This document shows, one piece after another, positions 23,391 to 36,224 of a stretch of 64,000 nucleotides of DNA. The stretch's first letter is position 1; every line of letters begins with the position of its first letter. The translations under genes and the position numbers were made by a program. Origin of the DNA: Vicugna vicugna (lineage: Eukaryota); NCBI GenBank assembly GCA_013265495.1, contig MU058844.1, positions 1,556,941 through 1,620,940 on the forward strand, written 5' to 3'. The notes beneath the pieces were generated by a model, which made no database searches, was not told the DNA's origin, and was given only the letters and a program-made list of their open reading frames with translations.

Positions 23391-25399
23391 GTAATGTTCT
23401 TTAGCCATTGAGGAATCTGCTGTGGGAAGTTTGGACAGGCCATATTAGTCATGAGGAACTTGGGAAGAGGTGTCAAGTGCAGTGACTCAGAGAAGCTTTG
23501 GGTGTGACAGAATCTTGAGCACTTGTGCTCTTGGCTGCAGAGACGTGAATGGGAGGTTTCATGATTATTTTTTCCAGAAGATGGTCTTTAGGGAGTCAAC
23601 GTGGGAGGGGAACCTAGCAGAGGAGAACAGTGTGTAAGATCAGCAGGCTGCCAGGGCAGCCCCACATCTCTTTAGAAAGTTGGAACGAACTGAAGGGGTC
23701 TCAGAAGGGAGCTGCTTCTAATGTTCTAAGAGGAAAGTGAGTCTTATGAAAAATGGCAGTGTAGTAAAATCCTTTCACTTCCATTTATCATAAACTATCC
23801 AATGAAACGGTTATGCAAATAGCAAGCAACATGATGGATTAGGATAATATTATTAAGGAATTTAGAAACTTTTTTAGGTGGTTCTTGGGAAATGTTTTTG
23901 AATAAATAAATGCTGCATTGTCTAGCTCAGGCAAAGACTCACAGGATTTATCATACTATTGAAAGGAAAATAAAAGATGGAGAATTTAACGTTCTGAGAG
24001 ATTTAATGAGGCTGCCCAAGTGCACCAATAGAAACTCATTTTTAAGTTAACTATTTCCTCATATGACAAAACAATAAACAAAGATTAACAAAAACAATGA
24101 ATTTTTAAAACAAAACAACAGCAAGATAATGAATTCTCCCAGGGCAGTGACTAAAGTGTCCTTTCTCAAAGAGAAGAAAACTGTAAGTACTTACTGCTTA
24201 AAGCTGGAATCATGCTTTATTTACATTGCTATTGGAGAATTTTTAAAAGTTCATTAGGATTGATGGCAGCAGCAGATCGAAGACACTTCCTGTATTTTTC
24301 GAATGGCTGATCCAAACATGTGAAGGCAAGCGCTAGAAATGGACTTTCAGATTTCTGTGGACACCTAAGTGTGTTATGATTCCACTGTGGAGCTGTCTTC
24401 CTTTGGTGGGTTATTACTCTTTGTCCTAGAACAAACATGTTTAGATGAAGACATATTTGATGAAAGACATCCCAAATATCCAACCCATTTTAAAGGGGTT
24501 AGACGCTTTCTTCTTAGCAGTTCTCTCTTAGTCAGCTGGGAGTGTAGCTTATGACACGGGCTTCATGAAGCAGGTGTCTGAGATTGTGAAGCTGGGACTA
24601 TTACAGGAGAACTTTTAGAATTTTCCCTGAAAACAGTCAATAGCAAACTCTGGCTCCCAGGCTCCTTTAAGGAGAAAGCTGAACGACTATGATCTCTCAG
24701 CTGTGCAACAGTGACGTGTGTTATGTTTGGCTGGGAGCGGTGCCTTTACTTTTAGTATGAGAACTTGAAGTAAATTCAAATTCTCCATTGTCTAAAATGT
24801 TGAGATACAAATATTTCTGAGAGGAAAATGGCTTCTTAAAAATATTCATAATAATTAGGCATGCCCTGGGATTCGTTTGCAGAACAATTCAGAAACTTAA
24901 GACTTGTGCATTCATTCCTGTGGGAATTTGATTACTTTTAGATGGTTTTTTAGATTTAAACATAGGGAGATGATTTTAAAAATTACTTTTCTGACTAACT
25001 TATGCTGAGCTATAACCAGAGATAACACAGGTTATTATAATATTCTTTCATTAAGGCATTTATTCAAATCTACTGTTGAACCCTCCTACTGATGCATTTG
25101 ATGGGCTGATGAGTTATGATGCAAGCCATTAGGGAAATTAAAGTCTTCTAGACACAATGTTCTGAGAAATTATTTACTTACAATCAAGGCAACATGAGAT
25201 CTATTTTTCTAATATTGGACAAATGTCATCAATAATGGTACTTTTCAAGCAATATATGTCTTGGAATAGAAAAATACACCTTCTGATTTTTAATTTTAAT
25301 AACAAGTTTATGCTTAATTCCAGTCTCTGGGTTATTCATTACCATGCATCCTAGGCAAGCAATTGAAAACTGATCAATAACACATTTTCCAACCGGCCC

Positions 25400-25475
25400 A
25401 TGAATGACCTTTGGCAAGTCATTCATCTTCTCTGCTACTCAGTGTCCTTATCTTTCTGATAAGAGATTAGATAAG
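25400..25475 (+). mobile_element. MIR fragment
   Basis: tgacctttggcaagtcattcatcttctctgctactcagtgtccttatct. Confidence 0.55.
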
Positions 25476-25494
25476 GTTCCAAAATAGACTTTGT

Positions 25495-25590
25495 TTTGGT
25501 TGGTCTGGGAATAGCCCAAGTGTCCCTAGGCTTTCAAAACCCCTCAGGTGATTCCATCAGCAGTGAAGACTGAGAACCACCCTACTAGAT
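25495..25590. mobile_element. MER5A-like hAT-Charlie MITE fragment
   Basis: ggtctggggaatagcccaag...ccctcaggtgattcc...actgagaaccac. Confidence 0.6.
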
Positions 25591-26019
25591 AATGTTAAAC
25601 TTCTAACTCTACTAGTTTATGATTCAACAATGTATGTTTGTTGTAATGGTGGATCATCAACTTTTTATTACTGGAGATAAAATTTGCACTTTTGCCATGG
25701 TGAGAGTATGGAAGTGAGGGTTGGCATTTCTCCCTGCTTTCAGTCTGAGAATCCCTGAAGGCTGGCATATGATGTTGGTAGAGGTACTGAAGGAATGGAG
25801 CAGGGCTAGGAGAGCTGAACTCAGAGGATGCTATGAATTCCAGGGACTTTGGGGAGCCTGAAGTGAAAATCACTGAAAGAGAGTTGCAGGATCAGTAGTG
25901 AATGGTAAACGTTGGACTTTTCAGATATGATGACACTTACCTGAGAGACTCTGCAAATCCTAGGATCTTCCAGAAAAGAAGTAAACTAAAATATCTGAAT
26001 ATATATCTTGACATTCTTG

Positions 26020-26730
26020 AATTACAAAATCACACAAACCTCTAAAAATAAAAGAAAAATACAAGGGAGTAAGAAAAGAAAGTAAAAGTGCCCTGTCTCT
26101 GCCAAACTCAACCTGCTGCTTCCAGAAGGAGCCACTGCTTACACTGTGAAGTGAATCCTAGCAGATGTTTCCTCTGCATAACAATTCTATAAAATATTCA
26201 TGAAATCTATCCACTGATTTGTTTTTACAAGTAAGATTAGAATCATCTTTCCCTTTGCCCCACCTGTCCCCCTCATCGGATATACTGAAAGGGTATATAA
26301 TATCTGTCAAACCATGTTGTAGTTCATTCCTTTAAAGGCTGTTTAGGATTTTTGTTGAAAGGATGTACCATAACTTAATGAACCAGTTCTCTCATGGTGG
26401 ACATTTAAATCATATCTGGTTCTTTGCACCTATGAAAGAGTAGTGAATATTCTTATTCATATATATATGATCAACTGGGCAACTATTTTTGTAGAGTAAA
26501 TCCAGGGATCTAAAATTCTTGGGAGAAATGGATTTAGAGTGTAGATAAATGTCCAAATTGTCATTCCAAAGTGTGGTATTACTGAATAAGGCCATCAGGA
26601 CTGTATGGGGTTTCTGTTTTGTCACAACTATACCAACCTGGAGAGTTATTAATATTTTGGATCTTCACCATTTCGATAGGAGAATTGTTATTTTGCAGCT
26701 TTAATTTGCATTTCTTTAATTATCAGTATA
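26020..26730 (-). mobile_element. Old L1ME 3' fragment
   Basis: ggatgtaccataacttaatgaaccagttctctcatggtggacattt...ccaaattgtcattccaaag...tttaatttgcatttctttaatta. Confidence 0.75.
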
Positions 26731-27847
26731 ATGTTTTCTAAATAAGGAAATTTATAAAGAGACTCCCACTCACCTACCAACAAAAAAATATTACATAAGT
26801 TTTCTAGTTAGATGGTAATAAAAGAAAACAACTCAAAGGATATATTGGAAGAATTTTAGTCAAAATGCAGGCATTAATTTGCATTTTCTAATCAGAAATG
26901 CATTTATTTCTCTCTTTGTCCTCTGTGGCTCTCCAGTTTGAATATTCAGCAGGAGAAGAAGGCTGACTGAATGCTTAGATTTAACAACAATAGTTAAACA
27001 TACTCCTTTTCTTATGATTCTGCTCCAGCTTTCTAAGGTGAAACATTTCAAACAAAGTAAATCTTAATTTTGGATTCAGATGGCTCACTGCCGAAATCAT
27101 TATGAACACAGTGGAAATGGGAAACTTTTCAGAATATCTTACCTCTGTAGACAAATTGGCACTTTCAAAGAACATTAGCACAATGTGGGGCCCAGGCATC
27201 ATTTCCATCACCTCTTTCCCAGCCTTGTCAAAGCCAAGGTGAATGGCTGCCCCATACTGACCATGGCCCTCAACATGAACTTCCTGGGCTGGCTGGCAGG
27301 CAGGCACCATATTTTCCAAAATGATCTGTCCTGGAACATTTGCTCTCTCACCAGGCTCTCCTTTTCCCTGTCCTCCCTTCTTTTATCCTTCCAGCCTCTC
27401 ACTATTCTTCTAGCACAAGTGCCCCTTGCTGCAGGAAGCAACCGTCTTCAACCAGTGCAGTCACACATCTGTCCCATGGGACGTCCATAAAGGAGAACAC
27501 CCCACCCCCTACTGCAGCCTCACTCCCTCTCTTTCTCCCTCCTCCATCTCAGCCGCAGGCCCTGTGCTAGCAGGCTCTTTCCCTTTGTCCTACATTAGTT
27601 TATCAAAAATCTGGTCCCTTTAGTCAGCCGTAAATGTCCAAGAGCATACACTTGGAACAGGCCGCTGCTCTTGATGCCAAGCAGAGCGGTATGCATGATG
27701 AATTATGAAACCCTTTTCCGGATAAGTTTAGCATCTCTGGTTCTGCCAGGGCACTGGACCAATGAATGGGAACATGTGTGACAAATCAGAAAATCCTTCT
27801 TGGGAAATGCTTGGGAGGAGAAATCTGCAATCTGCTACTGTGACAAA

Positions 27848-27937
27848 CTAAAGGCCTGATGAAGGTCCTTCGGGGATGACCTGAAAACAATCCACTTCTT
27901 ATTTATGTCTTAAATTTATAGATTGCTTAAGATTTAG
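27848..27937 (+). ncRNA. Candidate (possibly decayed) type I hammerhead-ribozyme-like motif
   Basis: CTGATGA 27856-27862; stem II AGGTC/GACCT 27863-27867/27878-27882; GAAA 27883-27886; imperfect stem III and stem I downstream (see findings). Confidence 0.25.
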
Positions 27938-28944
27938 CTAATACAGTCAGGTTTGGTTTTTAAAACACCCACAACAGACTCTGTCTCCATGTTTGGTTTT
28001 ATGTATTACCTCTGTGCGTGAGTTAAATATTCACTGATGCCTGTAAGCACAAATACTAGTTTGATGAGAAGGATTGATGCTTTCATCTGTTTTAGACAGC
28101 ACATACCATGTGACCTTTTGCATGCTCTCCACCTCTAGGGACAGGCTATGCAGGACTCAGTGTTAAGCTGTTAGAAGGGTTTCCATTCTGCCCACGTGCA
28201 CACACACTCTGGGTCTTGGTTTTGTACAGACGTGACAAGCTCAGCCACCACCAGATTTTCTTTCCTCTGTTCTTTTTTCTTGTGATCACAAGACGGAGAA
28301 CCCGGGTTTGCTGAGCCAGGTGTTTTGAGCATGAAACATATACTTGTACACAGGAGCACTCCTCAATGTCTCAACACTCATTATTCAACTTGGGTTTTCC
28401 CTTCATGCACCAGAGCCAGGTTTCTCTTTTCTCCCTTCTACCAGAAAGGAGGGAAGAGCTTTCTTTCTCTCTCTTTCTCTCTCTCTTTTTTTTTTTTAAA
28501 TAAATTCCCTTTTTATTGCAACTATGTTTTTTAATGGAATGTTTGTTGGCATCATCTGTAGATTACTTGACACACACATCTCACACAGAGATGGTTAAAG
28601 TCCGTCAGTCACCCCTTTCCATGACTACCCTCTATCACCTTGATAATGGGATAAAAACCCTAAATAGATTGAAAACTTTTTCTTGGCACTGTCTTGATGC
28701 ACCATTCAGTGAGAGAATAATTTTACAGCATTTGGTTTCATTCATGGTAGCTATTTCAATTTAGTACATACTGGGTGGATTTAACCTGGCATCCTGTATT
28801 TAATTTGGTGACTCTAGCTGATACCCCCTTCCTTGCCTATTACCATGTTATGATACTTGTTTGTGTCCTTTAACATAGAAGAAGACGAAAAGTTGAACAG
28901 GGAGCATTACAAAGCCTGAGAAAACTGTAAACTTTGTGAAGCAA

Positions 28945-29055
28945 ACAACTCTGTTGATTCTGTTCCCTGTTGTATCCTCAGAGCCTCCCACCCTGGAGGC
29001 GCTTCACAACTGTTTCCCAGATGAACCAAAACATGGTAAATACTGAGCAAACTCT
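28945..29055 (+). mobile_element. L2 3' end fragment
   Basis: tctgttgattctgttccctgttgtatcctcagagcct...gtaaatactg. Confidence 0.45.
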
Positions 29056-29087
29056 TTCCCATGTATGTCTCCATTTTACCTTGGATC

Positions 29088-29250
29088 AAGTCAAACTTTT
29101 TTTTGGTAAAGGGCCAGATAGTAAATAGGAAATGTTTTAGGCTTTGTGGGCTGTTTGGTCTCTTGTTATGGTTGTTCAACTTTACCAGCGTGATAGCAGC
29201 TATAGACAGTACGCAAACAAATGAGCATGGCTGTGTTGTAACAGAACTTT
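29088..29250. mobile_element. MER58A-like hAT-Charlie MITE, truncated
   Basis: caaacttttt...gtaaagggccagatagtaaata...ttttaggctttgtgggc...gcagctatagaca...aaacaaatgagcatggctgtgtt. Confidence 0.85.
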
Positions 29251-29500
29251 ACATTGTCCCTCTATATCCATGTGTTCCACATCTGTGGATTCAACCAACC
29301 TCGGCTCAACAATATTAAAAAAAATCCAGAAAATTCTAAAAGCAAACTTCGAATTTGACACACACCAGCAACTACTTACATAGCATTTACATTGTGTTTA
29401 CAATTATTTACATAGAAATTACATTGTATTAAGTATTGTAAGTAATCTAGAGATGACTTAACCTATTTGGGAGGATGTGCATAGATTATGTGCAAATATC
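29251..29500. mobile_element. Tigger2/MER2-family MITE, one end lost
   Basis: cattgtccctctatatccatgtgttccacatctgtggattcaaccaacc...acatagcatttacattg...gtaagtaatctagagatga...ggaggatgtgcataga. Confidence 0.85.
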
Positions 29501-30494
29501 TCGATGAGAGCACTTCTGTTCATTCCTTGATTCCAGAAATAATATTTCCTCAGAGGAAAGGGTCAGTGAATGAGATGTAGTCTCTCTGTTCTCTGAACAT
29601 TACTCAGGGTCCCTGGGGTTCCAAATAATTCGTGTCTAGACACCAATAACTGGAGCCTCCTGAGCTATTTGGAATCAGAAGGAGGTGAACAGTGAGTCTG
29701 TAGGTTCTGATTAGTATTTAAATCCGAGGGAATCAAATGGAAGCTTCTCTCTGCATAATTTGCCCTGGGCATACCCATTGGTCAAACAATATTCAGCCTT
29801 AATTTTGAGAGCAGTGGGGAGGGAGTCTCGGTGCCTGTGGAAGGGGATCCCACAGGCAAGGGTGTGAGAAGCCCCGTATGTTGTGGGGTGGGGTGGGGGG
29901 CAAGGCTGGCTGCTACTGGGATCTCAGGGATTCATGGGTACAACCTGTCCCACCAGAAAGGAGACAGAATTTCTATGAGCACGGCTGCTAAACAATCTTG
30001 TACAGATAAAATAAACCACAAAGGCAGAGGCAGAATATAAAGAAAATACTTTTCATGGTGAGAAAGGAATTTATTTGAGATCTCCAGTCATTCCTGCTTT
30101 TTTGTTATTATTTTTCCTTTTCAAGCAATAATTTTCCTCTACTTTCTTTAATTCTTTACCTGTTTAGGCATGGAGTATTTTCCTGTTTTATAAATGTCTC
30201 TCTTTTTTCACACTGGGGAAGGATGTGGTTTTTCATATATAAACGTTTTTCATAGCCATGTGTTTTTCTCCAGTCTGTATTCATGCTCCTCTCTCTATGA
30301 ACTACCTCTTTCTTCCTCAGCTGCTGTTCCCCTAATGATTTAGCCCAGGTCCTGCTTCCTCCACCACATCTTTCAGGACTGTGACTGTGTCTGTCACCAC
30401 ATCCATGGAATTATAGGGTAATTATCTCTTTGTGTGAGTTCTTTGTATTCCTCTCCTTTTGTTACACCATGCTTTCCACGTGGGTAGCCTTCAC

Positions 30495-30615
30495 ACGAAT
30501 AAGATTTGAAACAAGGCTCATAGAGGTTAAATGTGGCCAAAGCTAGAGAGGTAGAACGTGGCAGATGGAGGATTCTGGCCTGAATGCTCTCCTGTTCCCC
30601 AAACCACTGCCTCTT
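30495..30615 (-). mobile_element. MIR fragment
   Basis: gaaacaaggctcatagaggttaaatgtggccaaagct...gtggcaga. Confidence 0.55.
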
Positions 30616-31349
30616 CAGATTAACCTACTTTAAAAGTCCAGGAATGCTGGCCATCTGTGGCAGACAGTTGAGTAAGAACAATATTCCGTCCTTTCTACTG
30701 AGTTTTTCATCTTTCTCGCTATTTTCACTCTTCTAGCCAAGGCAACCATCTGGTTCCTTAAAGAGAATCCCCAGGTGGAGCTGATGGAACATATTCCCAG
30801 GATGCTTCTTGTTCCCTGCTGGCTTCTTTGCATGGGCCCCTTTCATGGGAAGGATCTCTTCTGCTTGTGCCTGCCCCAACTACCCCATCTCCCAAAGCTA
30901 ACCCCCCTCATTGGATCTCCCTGTCCACAAACCCCCAGAAACTGGAGATTCTCTCTTCAGCATCCCTGTGTTGTATTGCACAGAGATGTTACTGTAACAC
31001 GGCAATGTAATATTAACAGAACTGCTTAAATATATATTATATAAACGAACACACACACAGATCCAGTGATAATATAACAGTGTATCACTGAAATGGTCTT
31101 AAGGTTTGACTGATATTAACAAAGAGAGTTGGGTCTCTTCCTATATTCAAGGGCAGTCACATAAATAGCCCATGTTGATTTGTGATTTGCTGGTTTTCCT
31201 AACATCCTAACATTGTTTGGGAGAATAGAATCATGGTTTATTTTACACACACACACACACACACTGATGCCATTCAGCCTAGGGGACAGCTTCACTGAGT
31301 TCGAAGTGCTTGAGAAAGAAGCAGGCTGACACTGATAACAGCTAGAATC

Positions 31350-31530
31350 TAGACCAACACTGTCCAATAGAACTTTTTGCAGTGATGGAAATGTGGCTAT
31401 AAGGTTCTTGAAATGTAGTTAGTGTGATGGAAGAACTGCTATTTTTTAATGTCTTTTAACTTATTAAAATTAATTTAAACGTGAATAGGCACATATGGTT
31501 AGTGGATGCTGTGTTGGACAAAGGAGATTT
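31350..31530. mobile_element. MER3-like hAT-Charlie MITE
   Basis: Inverted ends ctgtccaatagaacttt ... gctgtgttggaca; internal gtgatggaaatgtggcta...ttgaaatgt. Confidence 0.8.
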
Positions 31531-31884
31531 ACAGCCTCTGCTCTCATTATTTTAACATAGGGGTTTATACCACTCTTACTCTTGGATGTTTGAATGATAA
31601 CAGACAGAAGACATAAACTTAATTTTATGTTGTTAGAATACCTCTCCGTAAGTTTCCCACTTGAGAACAACCTTGGCAACAATTCTCGGGGGACCTTAAA
31701 AGCTGGATAAGCTTTATGAGAGGGGAAAATGGCTAAGTTGTTGGAAAAAAATTAAAGAAACCTTTAAGTATAATCCATATAGCCCAAATATTTTTTCACA
31801 AACTCTCCAGAGTTGTGCTGTGTGTGTGAGGAGAAAGAATTTATCTTTATGTGGAAGCTCACCGGAGGCTCAGAGGAGGGTGGA

Positions 31885-32085
31885 TCCAGGAACAGAGTCC
31901 TGAGTCCCAGCGGGGGCTGTAGCACCTGACGCTGGGTAACTCACTTAATCTCGTCAGACTCTGGTACCTCATCTGTACCTTAGGAATGACAGCAACACCT
32001 ATCCACATTACCCTCAATTTCTGGGATTATGAGCTAAAATAGAAGCAATGACTTTGTGAAATACTATGTGGATGATAGTTGTTGA
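31885..32085 (+). mobile_element. MIR SINE
   Basis: gagtcctgagtcccagc...tgacgctgggtaactcacttaatctc...cctcatctgta. Confidence 0.6.
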
Positions 32086-35000
32086 AATTTTAATTAAGAC
32101 TATCACCATTCTGCAATCCTTCCAAAGTAATACAGTGTGGGCATTAGCACCTGAATTGTAAAGTCATTCTGGAAAAGGGAGAAATTATACTACTAAGCAT
32201 GGTAGGGTTTGCTTTCACATTACCCCACAGACATGTCTGTGTGTGTGTTAGTGGACTCCATAGTTACACAAGGCAATCTTGTTCTGGAAACGAAATCTTA
32301 ACATATATGCCTCTCTTTTCTGTCCAAGTTTCTTCAATTGTAAGATTTCCCTCCTCTGTTTTCATAGTAAAAGGGCACTTCAGAAAAAGCATGATAAGCT
32401 CTTTACTTCATTTCTCATGACTCACCCACTACCCTGTTTTATAATCTTCTGTCCCTGGGGCAAAGTCTCCAACACAAGTGGCATCTCTGATCTGGGAGAC
32501 TTAAAGATTGAGGAAGATGGAGAATATTACCACATTTAGTCAAAATGTCTTATCCCCTGTAAGCTTTACTGTTCTCACTTATGGGGACAGTAATAATTTC
32601 AGATACTTAACTATTGCTTTTTATTATTTTTTTCTGCTGCTGTGTAAATGCGTCTGTCAAGTCATCCCCAAATGACAACAAATTATTCCAAAGGTAGGGG
32701 GATATGCACCCTCTTTCTTATTTTACATACTTGGGGAATGTCTAAGTGAATTTTCAGTTTCTTTCATTCCACTTCAAAACACTTTTATTAAAAAAAACAA
32801 TTTTTTTATTATGGTCACCTATTAAAGTTTTTAAAATGTGAATTTTTCACTCATAGCTACTATATTTGATTAATATTTTCAAATTTCTAGGCTGATATCT
32901 AAATACTCTTTTGACAAATAAATGGAATAGTTTTCAAAACAGTCTATTTTGGTGTATATACTTTAAGGCCTATGGAACAACTGACATACGGCTTAGTATG
33001 TTTGTAAGCATTTAATAATGAAAGTGCTGCTTCGTTCTACACAGTGAATCAGAGAAAGCCTTGGCAACTCGATTTCTGCCATTTTGAGATTATATATTTC
33101 ATAGTTTACATTCTAGCCAAGCCTGGAATCTAAGTATTTTATGAGCTTATCTATAAATATATTTTAAAAATATTATGCCATTCTGTAACATGTGCCATAA
33201 ATACTTGTAACTTAAAGCCTTTCACTGTAAGTTCTCTGAAATTTAACACCATAGATGAATATTCCAATAGGAGTTAATACAGATGAAGCCATCTTTGCAA
33301 TATGTGAATCATGAGGACATGTTTTACTCTTTTAGGATGCATGTCGGTTGATCTAAGTTATAACATGCATGTAAGACTCTGAGAACACAAAATTGAATGG
33401 GATTTCTCCTTTGCTTTCCTGCATATCAGATATTATGCAGCTATGACAATATGCATATTTGTAAAAATTTGTTGAAAACTCCTGAAGCCAGTAAGCAAAA
33501 CTATATAGCCCATTCTCTGGATTGATCAAAGGCAACATGTAAGGATACCAGTACCATACAACGAGGTTTTAATGCTTAGCTACTTTATGACGAGAGAAGA
33601 GTGAAAAGTAGCAAATTTTCTTTGGCAAATCTAGTTCCTTCTATATATATACTTAGCTATGTATATACACAGCATCATACACTTGCTCCTTGGAATTGTG
33701 TAAAATCAGGGAATAGCATATTGATTCCACTGAGTAATAAGAGTTAAAGTTAGGTAATAGAAACCTTTGGAAAATCTTGAGTTCCAACTCCAGACAAGAC
33801 TGAGTACCGACTTTTTCTTAATTGTAAAGTGCATGTGTTACCCCTCCTTCAATTCAGAGAAATCAAAGATGGGAACTGGGGATGTTTGCTTGGCTAAGCA
33901 CAGACCCAGGTGGCATTTAGTAGATTATGGTTGCAATGTCCTAAATGGTACTTTAGTGCTTGAATGAGTCAGTGTGACTGAAAATATCTCACACCCAGGG
34001 ACTGGATGGGTCAGGCTAAGTAAACATTAGCAATATCAGATGATTACCAAAAAATATCCAAACTCTCAAGAAACTCATCAACAATCTGGGCCAAGAAATC
34101 TCAGTGGGACTGGCTCACAGGTTGTGTGGTTGGTGAGGAAGTGAGTGAGCATCAGTCCTAAACACTGAGGGAAATACTCCTCTTACTTTCTTCAGGGCAC
34201 ACAGTAGACATGTACCCTTCTATAACACCAGTGCCTTTCCTGGGGTCATCTAGAGTTTAACTCAGGAAAGGGCATCCATTTGTGTCTCTTGCTTATTTGG
34301 AGGCTGGGGTGATAGTCATTTACAGGTTTTTGTTTTATGATGGATTTTGATTGACATATTTCTTCATTTGCCTATTATCTGAGATGATAGCTCAAAAAAA
34401 TGTTAACTCTTATATCCAGTCTTGATGACTCAACATTCTAAATGTTAGGAATGTAACTTGAGAACACTGGAATATACAATTAAGTTAAAGAAACTTGACT
34501 TTTTTTTTTTTAAATCAAGATGAGATTGCCAGATGAGATAAGTGCAAAAATGCAAATATTGTCCTGCTGAGTGAGAGGTTTTAGTACAGGCATGCCCAGT
34601 TTGACCAAAGCCCTCATTCTAGAAATCTTTCATAAAACAAGCCTGTCTGTCATTACGTGAATTCCATAACATCTGTTCCGTGGAACAGCAGAGTGGTGCC
34701 TGAGGTCTAGCTATACCAGGGTAAATTTCACTTTGATTAAAATGCAAATAGCATGGAAAGCTCAGGGTTTAGAGAGGTCCTATCAGACAATTAAAACTAC
34801 CTTTCTTTTCAAATAGATTGCTAAATGAAATGTCTTGTCAGGAATGGGTATAATTTACCTGGCACTTCTAGGACTTAGTGTATTTCTGGATAATTTCTTA
34901 ACTATCGGTGAAAATTTGAATATTACATTTTCTTTCAGAAATTGAGCTATTAGGACATATATTCAAGTATAAGACACTAGATAGAATATTCTTAAACTAT

Positions 35001-35249
35001 TTTAAAATATATTCTGCAAGCAGGATTTAAATGCTTCTATAGTTTTTCCTTTTGAACAGATTTGTGTGTTTAAATTATATTTTTCCAAAACAAGTTGAAT
35101 TGCTCATTTTTAAGAATTAGATAAGTACAGATTTTTTAAAATCGTCTTTAAAAAAAGCGCTAGGTAAAATTAAAAAACAGTCTTTTGGCAGACAATCTAA
35201 AACTTCACTGCAAACAGCATGGTTTGATTAAACTCTTTTTCATCGGCTC

Positions 35250-35258
35250 TGTGTTTGT

Positions 35259-35298
<40 letters not shown>
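35250..35298. repeat. (TG)n microsatellite with TTTG interruptions
   Basis: Direct reading. Confidence 0.95.
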
Positions 35299-35302
<4 letters not shown>

Positions 35303-36224
35303 GAATATCAATGATCTTAGTTTTTTTAAAAAACAGGTTTTCCCTTCTTAATGCTTTATTTCAATGGCAACCCCCCCCCCCCAAAAAAAACCAATGACTT
35401 TAGAGAGATTAGCACTGCAGAGTGAAAGGTTTGACACAAGGAGATAAAAGCCAGGAAAGAAAAGGAAGAGAGGAGCGGACCCAGGTGCGCGTTGGAGAGT
35501 GTTGCACTTGTCACTAGGGAAGAGGCACACGTGACGTGTTCTGTATTTCATGTGCAACTGGCCAAAGACGTTATTTTTAAATGGTATGTAGTTCCTTGGG
35601 AATGATTTGCTTTCCATTCTTATGTTCAAATTAGGTTTTTGTTTTTTGTTTTTTGTTTTTCTCAAAGCAGGGAATATCTCATCCCTTTCAGGGAAGGCAT
35701 GGAGGTTGGAGGCATGAGGACACTAAACAGCCAAATTATGTCGTAGGCACAGATTCCATTCTTCAGCGGTAACCTAGCTAGCTTCCTGTGGAAAGTATGT
35801 CCCTAGCATCGGGACCTGGCCTGTCATTCTGTTCTGACTGAAAAGCATGTCCAATTAAGAGAGGTTTAGACACAGGGAGTGATGGCAGCTTATGAATGCA
35901 GAAGTTCTGACTTGAGGGCAATCATTTATTTACATCATGGATGGACTTTTCTCTTTAAAGCACAGTTTTGAGGTTCTCTTCCCAGGAAACTTATCCAAGT
36001 GTATACTTGAAAGGCTAACTGTCAGGATTCCTGGCTTGGTTTCCCAGAACTGTTTTTCACCTTATGCAAAATCACAGATGGGTGTCAACGTTTCTGTGAA
36101 TGAGACAGTCTATTGTGTGAAATAATAAGCTTCTAGCTTTCATGCTCCAACACAATTCCAGGATCAAGTCATTTCGTTTTTCAATAACAAAGGCGATAGG
36201 CATGATCACTTGCAAGAGTTACGG

